NCBI GenBank assembly: GCA_040954595.2 | Contig: CM082594.2 | Location: 9,552,296-9,616,295, forward strand | Direction: 5' to 3' | DNA: 64,000 nucleotides | Origin: Balanoglossus misakiensis | Taxonomy: Eukaryota > Animalia > Hemichordata | Part shown: positions 1-12,900 of the stretch, piece by piece | Layout: every line of letters starts with the position of its first letter | Numbering within the stretch: position 1 is the stretch's first letter | The notes under the pieces: generated by a model | Databases searched by the model: none | What the model saw: the letters and a program-made list of their open reading frames with translations, nothing else | Told to the model about the DNA's origin: nothing | Program-made: the position numbers and the translations under genes

Positions 1-607
1 TCCCTTCATACTATGCTAGATATTCGACTTTCGGTGTCAGAGCTGTTTTCTAACACTTGCTGCAGTGACTTAAGTTTGCTTTAGTCATGGCGAGGTAATC
101 TCATTTGAAAGGCAGCATATCCATAGTGATGTCAAATGGCATACCGATATATGGATGTAATTTGTTATTTATTGAAATGTATTTTGCTCTTTCCGCTGAA
201 CTGTAAATTTATACAAACCTGACACATTTGTTCTTGTTATTTAGCTTTTGTAAAATATTGTGACAAAGACATCCACCCACTTCAAAGAATAAACCATGAA
301 AGCAGTTTAATCATGATTCTCAAACATCTCCTTTTTTTGCTGTTCAAATTTTTATCACTTAACCGCACGCCGCCGTGGCAACCTGACATCACAGGTACTT
401 ATACTTAAAGCACTGCATCACAATATTTACACAATGCACATTGTGCCCATAAGAAAAGTTGCATGTGCAAGATTTTACAATGTAATGGGTGTGGTTAACA
501 CATTATTGCATACTACTATATACACAAGATTTTATACATGGTGTCATAAATAATGAAATTCATTCCTCATAAGAATGGATGAAGCGTTAAATTCAACAGT
601 TGGTTTT

Positions 608-688
608 GCCCCCTTTAACCATGGATTAGTCCAAATCCAAGTGTTTTCTATGGTAAAGTTGGACGAAAGGTGGTCAAAGGGTCTTTAA
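608..688 (+). mobile_element. Degenerate copy of the same MITE family
   Basis: The core CCATGGATTAGTCCAAATCC..GTTTTCTATGGTAAAGTTGGAC is retained; the termini are eroded. Confidence 0.55.
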
Positions 689-3600
689 AAGTACATGTAC
701 AGGTGCCGTAGCTTACAGGTTGATTTTCAGCATAATGTCCTTATGAAGAAGTAATAACCTATGAAACAACTTTAATAGTACAATTTCACTTCATTTTGTG
801 TAATTTGACAGTCTTTGATAAATAAAATGCCCTGGAAAATGACAAATGGGATATGTTACCTAATATCAAAGCTTTATTGAGTGAAATATTATTTGCAATT
901 TGAATTTTATACAATACCATAGCTAATGGTGAAACTTACAGGGTTACGCTTTGAGAACGTTTTAATGGGAAACTGGTATTGCATTTTAGTAAGTAAAAAC
1001 CCATTACAATATCATTTCCTTTGTTCATAAATTGTTCGTCTTTAGAGGTAATAGATTTGGAGTTCTTTGGAAACTTGAGTATGAATAAGTTAATGTGAAA
1101 GCATACGAGTTGACGTAAATATCTGGGTTTGTGAGTAAAGTCAATCTTGTGTAAATGTTGCGTTTAACATAGAAATTATCTGTATTGTCAAGTCTTTGTG
1201 CTTACCTTTTCAAGTTCATGTTCATACTTTTTATACTATTGAATGATATGTTACAATGGCTTCAGAAGTCAATGCCAAGTCACAAGGCATGAAATGCAGA
1301 TAACACAAGATAAGCAACATACTTACTAAATTGGTCTATAGCTATTCTGTCTTCCATCAATATCCATGGTTTTGAAATTTCTAGTGGCGCAGAATTCTGC
1401 TCTAGAAGTCTACATAAAAATCCTGATTTGTGGCGTACTCATTGTGGTCGTATAAAATTCACGTCTTTGTAAGAGTGTCCTTCCACCTGCCAATACTGGC
1501 GAATTAAAGACGTTATCGAATCACGCAAGAACCCCCTAGAAGTCTACGAATTGTCAAGCGTCTCGGGCCAATCAGTGGGTCCACTTCACTGCATTCAAAT
1601 AAAGAGTCGGGCTAATTGGATAGAGGGAACAGTTTATCTGATAGTGTATTTGCGATACACTGGGTCCAAAGGAAGGGGAGGGTCTAGTTGAATGCAGGGT
1701 TCAAATGGGACAGCCGATGACATTGACAGTGAGCAATGGTAATTCTAGCCCCAATTGCAGCAATGAACTTGATCCAAGGGTTGCTAATTGCATGGCACTG
1801 TATTTGATCTCATTGCATTGCACTCACTTTGTTTCAAGGGCACACAAATCTACAGATACAGTACCCTTGATCCAATCCACTGCAATGCACGCTAAATAAA
1901 ATCACATCACTATAAATTTGATGGAAACATTGCTGATGTTGCAAAGCGATAGAGCGACTTTGTACCAAGTCCATTTTGTCCTGTGAGCCTTTGAATTTTC
2001 CTTGACTTTTCAAGGAGTCAATTAAGCTTTCTTGGATTTCAAGGATTTTTTCAGGAGCTGATAACGAGATTATGAATAACTAGGCCTCAAAGGAATGATT
2101 TTATGGGCAAAACAACTTTATTGAAATCTTAACACTTGTCATGCTTGAAGTCCTGGCACATAATTGGCAATTCCATTCAGTCATACAGAAAGATTGTACA
2201 GTGAAAAGTGAGGGCAGGTACATTTGATTGAAATACATGTTTAGAACTGATCTTGGTTGACTGCGATTTTATCAGTTTGCTACATAAGGAAATACACCAG
2301 TTCAGATATCGGTTACTAGGGAATCTGTGTCACTATAGCTCACAATATTTGGTGGTGTTGAAGTCTTTGTTAGTCTACAAGATGCGCAGACGTCATCCTT
2401 TATCAGTTGAATAACGGGTTTTCCATAAGTGTGAAAAGTGTCGTCGCACTGTCCTACCCTTTGTCAGTTTAACCCACTCCTAGCAACCCACCCCTAGCAA
2501 CAAGGAGGGGGGGGGGGCGTCAGACGTGAACCGCTATTCCACGGAAGGTGCACACACACACACACATATCGACAGCTATAAACATGAACGATGATGCATG
2601 ACAACGTACTTTGCTTCACGTGAACCGCTGTTCCGTTGAGGGCACTCACGTTTCGAGAGCTCGAAAGGTGAACGACAATGCATGGCAACGTTTTTTGAAC
2701 TTTCAGAAATGAGTCGACGGAGGTGAAGTTAGCATACATGAATGCTAACATAGGTGTACACAGCATTAATGATCAGAGTATGAAATTTCAGCAATCAATC
2801 ATCCATTTGAGAACAGTAAGGGCGTAAATCCATCCACTTTCAAAGCTCATAAATAATCATTACTGTCAAAACTGATTATAACGTGTCAAAGTTTATCAAC
2901 ACAAAGCGTCGAACATGCCATCTTTCAACATTTCAGCTTTTTTTATCACAAGGAGTCCTCATCAATTGTCCTTTTCATAATCGCTTCAACAATGACAATA
3001 TGCCATGGTAATAAACAAAAGGTCACCTTTCAATTCATGTAAGTTCATGCGAAAAGAAGCAATAACTGGCCACACTGGACAAACGTAATGTTTACGAAAG
3101 TACTGCTTAACTCCGACATTATTTCAAGTTATTCAGAAAATGCTTTTAATCGGATGATGGCACTAGTTTCGAAGTCTGGATCACATCAGCAAAGATTGGA
3201 AATGCACACTCCACAGGCCATACAAGTCTACTCTGGTTGCTATGAAAACAGACCTTACAGAAAAGTTAAACTGGTAGCTGAATGTTTCTGAACCTCCCTT
3301 TATACTGCAGAAATGATATGTTATCTTATTCTTGCGTCCAAATATTTGCCCTATTTCAAATCTGTGGCCAACAAATGGATCAATAGAGAGCCATGTTAAC
3401 AATCGTCCCAGACAAACTGTGTTGCATGCCCACATCTCAAAGGTTATAAGAGATTGGCATTTCAAGGCTAGTAATGTAAATTGGAATTTCTTGTAAAGCT
3501 TGTAACTTTTTTTTTCTTTTTACAAATGTTCAATGACCTGAATGAAATGGAAATTGTGATTTCGTGACTCGTCACTTGGGAGAGATTTCTAAACCACTTG

Positions 3601-4061
3601 CTTTTCTTTTCATTTGCTAGCAGAGTGCTTTCAAGAACAAACTAACTTACATCATGAGTAAGCTATCATGATTTACCAGTAGATATTTTATTTGAAACTT
3701 TGCTAAACATGTTGTTATTAAAACACGGCTATGTAGTCGAACAGGTGGTTGATGTCATGAAGAAGATCATAGAGGAGAAATTCTTGCGCAGTATCATCCA
3801 TTATGTCTTGGCCAGAGTACTTGAGTACTGACAGAGGCAAAGGAGAGTTTGCAAGAGCCAGGAATGCGTGGGGGTAATGTTGCGCCCTTGAGCAAGATAC
3901 TTCAATTCTTATTGCTTTTCCGTTACCCAGAAGTGATGGTACTTCATTCAGTAACACTGGCTTTTTGCCCACGACGGATAGTGAAATTCTACACGGTATT
4001 TGCATTTTACTGATGCTAAATCCACTCAAATTAAAATACCAACAAGAGTGCATTGAGATAA

Positions 4062-4179
4062 GGGACTGGTCAGTTTCTTCAGCCTGGGGCTGGATATCAA
4101 AAAGTGACTGACCCCCCCCCCCCCCTCATTGAAACCTCCACCATGAATCCACCCCCAGCCGAAGACACTGACCAGTCCC
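4062..4179. mobile_element. Small TIR element (MITE) of a second family
   Basis: Imperfect inverted termini GGGACTGGTCAGTTTCTTCAGC / GCCGAAGACACTGACCAGTCCC around a poly-C core. Confidence 0.65.
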
Positions 4180-4333
4180 ACTCCCTAATATAGACACAAT
4201 TTAAGGGACAATGTTACCATGTTGATGTATTCTATTATATGTGACCTTGACCTTTGAAAGGGACAGTAACAGTAACTTAAAAAGTGTTATCTAGACAATA
4301 GGGACAGGGGAAGGGGTGATTCACCCCTGTTGG

Positions 4334-4622
4334 CATGTTGGCAACCCCTAGCTATCTGCCAAGAGGGGACCACCACCCTTTAAAATGATGTAACCCATTA
4401 TGTTGGAGATCTTACAACCCCCCTTGCCATAATGGAATCTCCCCCCCCCCCCCCCAATATTCTGGCAAATACATGTTGGCATCCCACATTTACCAAGAGG
4501 GGACAACCACCCTTTAAAATGTCACTCACATGTTGGAGATATTAAAGTCCCCTTTGCCATAATGGAATCTCCCCCCCCCCCCCTCCCCACCTGAATGGAA
4601 TCCCCCCTTAATATTCTGGTAA
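4334..4622. repeat. Two-copy tandem duplication, ~140 bp unit
   Basis: CATGTTGGCA..CCAAGAGGGGAC..CCCTTTAAAATG..ATGTTGGAGAT..TTGCCATAATGGAATCT(C)n..AATATTCTGG occurs twice. Confidence 0.8.
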
Positions 4623-5524
4623 AAGAGGACAATCCCAAGCCAGCAAATCTGTCCTTGAAATTAATTTGTTGATAGCAGGTTATTTTTCCTGCCTATTGAC
4701 TATTTTCTGAATTACATGAAACATCCCTGTATAATATTTTGGTGTGTGTGTGACTGGTTGAGAGACATAATTGTATGAGTTATCTAGATCTCATCTCTAT
4801 CTTGTTACTAGCAAATAAACATTGAAATTAACCATGTTATCCTAATGGTTTGGTTGTGAACTAATGTGGGAAAGAAAATCGCAAAGAAAACGTGGTACAA
4901 CCGTTTATGCCTTTTCAATGTGCCAAAATAGGTAAATACAAACTTTTGCCGTCCCATCATGCAATGTTCAGAAATTTGACGGATAAAGTGTGTAATATAT
5001 TAGTCTTGTCGAACTTACAAAATGATCATTTTTTCAAGCACTGAATTTTTGTGTAACTTAAGTAACGCAATATAGGTGGTCATTAAAAGAACTGAACAAT
5101 TTAGAACGGCTGTGGTCGGCCTCCTATTCTTTTATTAAACGGACAGTTATATTGTAAATGTAAGTGATAGGTAGACCAACACCTACCGAAGACACATCGA
5201 GGTCACGTCATATCAGGACAGTCAAACATATCGATTGACATTGGGAATGTCATATTTTAAACGGAGAAACCAGAGAATGTATTAAACATTAACTTATCTA
5301 GTTTAATACTGTTGATATACAATCTAACACAGTCCACAACGCTCGACAATTAACTGACCCCTGATCGTGGTCTGACGATTAACTTTAAAAATACCTGAGG
5401 CAGCTGCAGATATTGATATCGCCACCTGATCGATCAATGGCCAGTGGTCGAACGCTGTGTCCACTACGTGTATCAAATACCAAGCAAATGATATTTGGAC
5501 ACTTAAAAAATATGTGACCCTTAC

Positions 5525-5596
5525 CTGTTGGAGTAATTTAAGTCGAACTCTGGCCATATGATCTACTACATTACCGGGATTATCTGTCGTAGCCAT
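5525..5596 (-). CDS. First coding exon of a probable C21orf58-like (DUF4587) gene; downstream exons not confidently located
   Basis: ATG at 5596 gives MATTDNPGNVVDHMARVRLKLLQQ, followed by a strong phase-0 donor CAG|GTAAGG. The peptide resembles my recollection of human C21orf58 ([20 protein letters not shown]). A possible small next exon (YKKYEHELEK|gtaag) lies near 1206-1235. Confidence 0.5.
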
Positions 5597-5907
5597 GTTG
5601 TGTGTATAATCATTGCCCGTTAGATACGGCTGGGCCAAACTTACAACCCTAGGGGATCCAAATCGTGCATCTCATTAGACTAGTGTGCTTATATATCATA
5701 AAGATATATATTTATTTGTGATATAAGTCTGTTCTTGCTGTGTGTTTTGTCATGTTACAGTTTGTTTAAGTTATAAACTTGATTACCTTAGCAACGTTGT
5801 GTAGCTTTCTATTGTTTTTTGTTGTTTGACCCGAGCTGACTTAATTTGCATAATTAAGTGTACGTTCAAGGAAGCGCGGTATCATTCAAAACAAGAACTT
5901 CGCTGTC

Positions 5908-8900
5908 ATGGACCGTAACAAAACATTTTAATAATTAAGACGAGCTAGACAATCCAAGGTGATCAGTCCCGGGCTGTTAACGAACATCGTTCCAGGGTTT
6001 ATACAATCTAGTCGCCTCTATTTTCGGCTAGATCGCCAAACACCATGCAACAGATATCTGCTGAGATGAAATATAAAGCGCCGCTATCGCCGGAGTTGAT
6101 CGATTGCAGTTGGTGCAAGATGGCAGCTTTTGAAGATTTCCCAAAACGTTTGCAGCTGTGCAGTTACTCCAGGCGTATGCTTATTCCGGAGAAGGCAGTT
6201 ATACTTATTTCAAAATACGGTTTTCCATTTTGATTGCAATAATGAAACAGTACGGTAAGAAACTGCATACTGTTTATATACTACGTGACGTACGCGTCAT
6301 CCTGTTACTATGTGAAATGAACACGTTGATGAACTCAAGCAAATTAATGTTAACATTGCATATAAGTGATCGTATCTTTCTTAACTTATACCAGTCTTGA
6401 AAAATAAACCCACAGAAATAGCTAAATAATAGGATATAAGAAAACATATATTTAATCACTGTCATGTGACATACGTAGATCATGTGACAATGTACATTTC
6501 AAATTGTTTTAAAAAGGATGTGATTGTATTTACTACAAATATTTAACAACATGCTAGTATTTGAAATCTTGATAAATATTAATTTAATACTGATAGAAAG
6601 TGGGCATTAAAAAGCTGTTGGTAAAAGTTTTGTGAATAATCATGAAAAAATGGCCATTGCAAAACATGGTATTTTTGGACAAACTGGTGAAATATTATTT
6701 GCAATATAGTAAATCATTGTTAAGGAATGAATCAATGTCAAAAATTATTGAAGGAAGAGATGGGATTGGAGGTTTTTTTCAGGCTCCTCCCTAAACACCT
6801 CAAAGAAGTCAAAGATAAGTCACTGAGATGCTGAGACAGGTAAGTGAACTTCGATCACTTTGATTTTCATCATGTTAATCACAAATTTGATCACAGTTAA
6901 AGATAGAAAAGCATCAGATATGATTCAACATTTGAAAGAGTCCAATTGACAGAAATAAAAGAAATGTTTTAACAAAATGTTATGATATTCCAATCAAGAA
7001 TAACTTTGTGTGGAGTATAAACTTGGTTCGTCTTTACTATCTTGTTTGTTGTGCATTTTGCCCAATTTTTAGATTTCACAATGTATTTCCTGAGAGACTA
7101 TGAATCTTCACAATCCTGTGCATTTGACAGGTATCGCGTCATGTATGCTGCGAATGGAAGGCTTTACTGAGCATTGAAAAATCCACGATATGAAACGAAA
7201 ATCCTTGGTGGGGAGATGAGCGCCCTCTGATGTCAAGTATGAGATTTGAGCCAAGGAAAGGACCAACTGTCAAAGTAAGTTGTTTTAAGAATTGGAAAAG
7301 AGTGTATTTAAATTTCAAATCACTTCTAAGCAAAAAAACACCTAACAATTTGTGTAGAATCACCTGTGAAAAGCTGAGATTATTTTTCACAAATTTCATC
7401 TAATGATGAGATCAAGAAGATATTCTGTATAATAAACAGAAAATTTTCGCAACAGGAAATATTTGCGATATCAACAGAGGCAACTATTTCGCGACAATAA
7501 CTTTTCGAGTTCTCTTATCTCGAAAACATTCTATTGTACACATTGTTCTTTCGCGGTTATTTATTTTCCACGTTTGTTGGGTTCTGGCGATGTTCACGAA
7601 AATTTATTGTTTGCGAAAATTTCACGTTTTGCATTACTGTAAATGCACAGGTTTAGAAAGTCCTTTGTATATGCGACTGTGTTTTAATTGAGCTGCGTCC
7701 TTGAAGTAAGACGAGACAGTAGAGTAATCCCACCAAGACAGGGAATACACAAAAAAGACCTTGCAGTGTTTAACAAAGGACATCGATCATTGCGTCCTTG
7801 AGAAGCTAGACCATTGCTTATCAAGAGAGAACAAACAATAGGATGAGACAAGCATTGTCTTCCATCAGATAATTGTCTCGCTCTCAGTGCAGTCTGTTTA
7901 AAGATTTGATACAACTCTTTGTTGAGTTGAATTAAATTTAACACATGCATGACATTGTATGTTTGACATTTTTCCCCGCTGCACATGGCGGCTGATCCTA
8001 TTGTTTTCTATTGTAAATTTGGATCCAAAAGGTAGAAAATGGGGATGAAAGGACTAGTTCCATCTACCACCTCCCCAGAACCCTAAACAATTCTGTAAAT
8101 ATTTGATGGTATTTTGGTAAGCAACATGTAAAAAGGAAACAGTTATAGAAGTTTAGCTTTACAGTAATTTCCAACATTCTTGTCACCAACTCATGTTTCC
8201 TGTAGTAGTTTTCAGCATGAGTCCAACCAATTTGTCTCAAAGTGTGGAATTTGGCTGTCTTTACAAGCTGAATATTGGGCATTCATCATGCTTCAGGAAT
8301 TTTAGCAAGAAACTGCCTTACTGATGAAAAAAAAGTGTTTATTCGTGACTTCAGAATGGTTTAGTTTCTTCCAGTTGCTTTGAGGTGTTTGATTGAGTCT
8401 GCCAACAATGGTGAAGGTTGTAAACTTTAGGATACATTCAAGTTTACCTTAAGAATTTTTTTATACAAGGCTAATACGATGTTTCACTGAGCGACAACCT
8501 ATGTTTAAAACTAAAATCATAAAATAATCTGAAAAGAAAGAACAATTAAGGCTACATAACAACCTCTGGTAGTTCACATAAAAAATACCAAATCGGTATA
8601 AATTCAATGCCAATCATACATTCCTGATTGTCCAATAAAATTGTTTATGTAGGTCGGGCAGAATTATTACAATCACCCGGTGTAAGCAATTGCATGTTCC
8701 ATTGTCTGTCTCAAGTCCAACTTCATGGACAGTATAACAAGGTCATATTACTTTGTCTGGAGGTCACACAGGTGTGTTCAAGGTGTACCTTGGTGGAAAC
8801 AGACAACACAAGGCTGCGTGTGTTTAGTGCCGGTACATTAAAACGGAAAAGGACGACCTTTCCTCATATTCCTTGTTGTATTCCGTTGTCTCTGGAGAAA

Positions 8901-9300
8901 GATTACCATCAAATGGAAGGGCTTATAGACTTGTGAGATAGGAGGACAAACTTTGTTTATGGTTCAATGAAATGACAGTCCAGTAGATATTTGACTTGAT
9001 TGATTGCATATGAGATATCCTTATAACAGTTGTGCAGTGTTTTGTGATCTGCAGATCTGGCCTACTTCAAGTGACAAATACCCACTGCCTTTACTGCTTT
9101 CTATCGTACAGTATTTCTGTTGTATGTGGAGTCCCAATACAAATGTATTTTTGTACGATGTGCCTACATCTGGTGACAGAGAAAATCTACTTTTGGCCTG
9201 ATGCCAATTCGTTTGCATAACTTTGCAATGATTTTGTTCAGCTGTTTCCCACTTTGATTTCATGGTAGACAACTCCTCAACTCATTGTGGTCATTTCACA
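5908..9300 (+). pseudogene. Decayed, apparently spliced coding relic, possibly a CxC5/KDZ (Zisupton/HMGXB3-like) transposase gene
   Basis: Exon-like blocks at ~6783-6839 and ~7130-7274 (AG acceptor, GTAAGT donor) and from ~8653 (acceptor only), with stops in nearly every frame. Fragments YRVMYAANGRLY*, CV*CRYIKTEKDDLSSYS and YFCCMWSPNTNVFLYD loosely echo SWIM-like and CxC5 motifs. Family assignment is weak. Confidence 0.25.
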
Positions 9301-9838
9301 GTGAAAGATCTATGAAGGCTCCTTGACAATAGTATGAGTGGCCAATCGTACACAATGCCCTCTGTACTTTCAGTCACCGGCCAGTCACATGGAAAGTTCA
9401 TAACTTGTAAAGAGCTCTCAAATTAAACGTAAGACTGCATCTACTGCATATGTGGTAATTAGCCAATCACAATGAAATGAAAGACCGACTTATGTCGACT
9501 GAGAGCCAATCACAAGCATGCAAAATCAGATGTAGTACAAAGCCAACCACAGTCACATGCTCAGGCTAAGCCAATCAGGCTTTTGATATGAGACCCCATA
9601 CAGCAAAGGGCCAATGTCACTTGGTGTAAAAGTACAGTACTTATACCATACCTATACAAGGCAGCCTGGGCCGGCTGCACTCAGCCTGAAACATATGTAG
9701 TATTTAGTAGTCAAATTCAGTATCAAGTCTATACATGGCTAATGTAAAGAGATTAAATCATTGACAAGTAACTCACTGGTACAAATTGTTAAATGTAAAA
9801 TATGCTCGACCGCAGTTCCTGTCTTCTGAATGTTCTTT

Positions 9839-9917
<79 letters not shown>

Positions 9918-9950
9918 CCACAATCATCATCATCACCACCACCACCACCA
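9839..9950. repeat. (CAT)n/(CAC)n microsatellite
   Basis: About 25 consecutive CAT units followed by a mixed CAT/CAC tail. Confidence 0.95.
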
Positions 9951-12900
9951 ATTGTATTACTGACATGCAAAATTTTCGACAAATGATCCTGCTACCTTGG
10001 CATGCACGAGTATACTCTTTTGACCGTTTCCCTTCCGGCCTTGTTTGCCGGGACCTTCCCAAACAATGCGATCAAATCAGTGGCCAAGGCAAAGTGTTAA
10101 TGGGATTGTGGCCAAAGTTGTTGTGTTTCCACAAAAACTTGACCATGGCAGACAACATAATTGATCTGCCATTGACCATCCTTTATCATACATAAATCTG
10201 TTATCGGTCAAGGATTACACGTTTGACGTTAATGACTTCAGTTTGGCCACCAACAAATGCAAACGCCAACACTATTGACACTACTATAAGTCTAACATAC
10301 AATTGTGTATCTTGTATCTAATAATAATAATAATAATAATTAATGTAAGAAATAATTAAAGGGACAAAGTCGCTACAACTTTTTTGACATATTTTTTCTT
10401 TTGATGGACTATTTATGTCATTCTGCTCACTAAAACATGTAAGAGGACCAGTTGTTACTGCTCGATCATCTTGTTCCTGTGTCTGCAATATCATTTTTGG
10501 TACTGACCCAGAATTAATCTGATGGAAGATTGATGTAAATGTCTATGAATGGGTTGTGAATTGAGCCATGGCAATAGGAGATGAGAGTTATCGTAGTGAG
10601 GACTTGTTTGAAGTGAAAGGCAGTCCCATTAGTAAATTAATTGTATCACTTTCCTGTGATTGTCTTTTGCTATCAGGTCATTAGCATGTGCTATGTGAAC
10701 TGTCTTGTGGCGGGATGATGAGATGATGGTTGTATGGAGTTGGCATTTGTTTATTTTGAGCCTCTGAAAACTTTACAGATGACCCCTTAAAGTAATAAAT
10801 ATTCTGTGCAAGTACATATGAGTAGAGGAGAGCGGAAATCCCCCATGTCATTGATCTATGTGATATATGTCTATCCCACAACCAATCTATGACGGACGAT
10901 CTGATTGGTTGAGGACTGGGCCTGTAAGAGGCCCACATTCAGGCGTCGTCTTTTCACGTTGGATACTTTTTTTTTCAAAGGCTTGGTTTTTATAATGTGT
11001 TTTGATAAAGCCATTTGATGAATGGGGTGGTATAGGGTAGGGGGTAGGGCAAGGATTTCGCAGTAATGATCTATAGGTATTAAGCGACTCAGTGGTACAA
11101 GCATTTGTCCTACTTGTGATGTGTGATGTACACAACCATAGGTACAAGGACATCTCAGGTCCCCCTTGCTCAAGATTGGCACACACAGGTAAGCTATTTT
11201 ACCATGTCATCTCAGCTATTGAAGAAAAAAAATCAAACTGCTCTTTTTTCCCTCATCACTTAAATACCCCACATCTATGTCACATGTTACTTTCTTACTA
11301 AGATTTTTATTTCCATCAAGATACACAAATATCCTGATTTTGCATTCTTGGAAAAAGATGATTAATGATAATTGAAGCCATAAAGTCAAACAACATATTC
11401 ATTGTTTTCTTAATATCTTCAGTGAAATTAAGTCAAAAGGATTTTTTAATTATAAAATAAAAATGAAAGAAAATTGAATTCCATTGGATCTCATCAAGTC
11501 AATTGATGTATTTTTTAAATATTATATTGAAATAAAACAATTAAGAAATATGAAGGATATAAGAAAAATACCATTGATAAAAAGAACGAATTTAATAAAT
11601 ATATTAAGACATCCAGAGTTTCTGACAGAAGGGTTACGCAGAATTAGTGACATATAACAAATAGCTTTCTCATTTTTCCGATTTAGAGATCTGGTTACTA
11701 AGCAACAAGACAAGCATTTATTTGACTTGTAAATTAATCAGGGAGGCCTGCATAGTAGTGTTAGATATAATATTTGAAGGTGCATATGTTATATACAAAC
11801 ATGGTATAAATCAGAAAATAGTTTTGTAAGATTTGTAATTCATATTTTTGATAATTAGTTGTATACAGTCAGTACAGGTGTCTGTATGTTGGTTAAAATT
11901 GTTAAATTATAATTCCCAAGTGGGGCATGAATAATATCTAAGGTTGATACTCTGTTTCCATTCATGTTCTTGTGGCTGTCCGACAGTTGATGTGTGTGTG
12001 TGTGTGTATGTGGCCATGTGGGTCTGGTGTGTGAGTGTGAATATATGTGTGTGAATACTTCACTTCAGTACTATGGTCTGCAGTGACAAATTAGAAATTG
12101 TTTTGAAGAATGTTACTATATGTGAAACATCCTACTTCAAAAAGACACACCAGTAGTTGGTTGTCGAGTGATAAACACCACATTTCAATGGCCCTACATT
12201 TTTTATATACTTTGGCATAATTTATGGTACTGACAAGATATGTCATATAATTATTTATATTTTATGCTAACATGCAGGATGATAAGAAGATGGTGATGAC
12301 TATTGATTTATCGTCTTTCAGTAAACAAAACAAAAATAACTGATTGAGAGTATCTTCTGGTGTAAAAGAAAAATAACCAAAGTAAATCTGAAAGATAACA
12401 ACTTTTTTTGTTTTAAAAATAGTAATGATTCAAAGATGATAAATAATTATTATAAATAATTATTTTTGGGAGAAATTTAGTTTACTAGATGTGGAAGTAC
12501 AGTGTAAATGTTAATATTATAGAAATAATGAAATATGTAAAATTTGGAAATTGGAAGCCAAGACAAGTAAACACAGGAATTTACGATCAAACAACTTTAC
12601 GAATGACCTATATCAAAATATCACTCAAGAGGCCGGTGTATAGAAACACCAGTTCAGTCTTACAAGACTCATTTCGACATGTCTTATACCATGAAACTAG
12701 TGATTAATGTTCCTTGTCATTGTATCTCAGGGGGTAAATGTGCCCCTTTTCAAGAAAAAAAAGTGAAAAAGCTAGAAAGTATATATATTTTTTAAGCCAT
12801 CATGTGAAAAAATGGATGTTTTTACTTTCGGGCCTCATGTCATCTCTGGTATGACTCCACTTCTCATAAATTACCGACACATAAGTTTTAATTTGCAGTT

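Noticed and set aside
3718-4053. 111-aa minus-strand ORF
   Set aside because: No recognisable domain, and it runs through a SINE-like motif (TCTTGCTCAAGGGCGCAAC).
5525-9300. Idea that the divergent pair is a two-gene RAG-like or Harbinger transposon
   Set aside because: No RAG1 or Harbinger DDE motifs or matching TIRs were seen, and the minus exon fits a host gene better.
9739-10195. Poly-M, poly-D, poly-S and poly-I ORFs
   Set aside because: Translation artefacts of the (CAT)n microsatellite.
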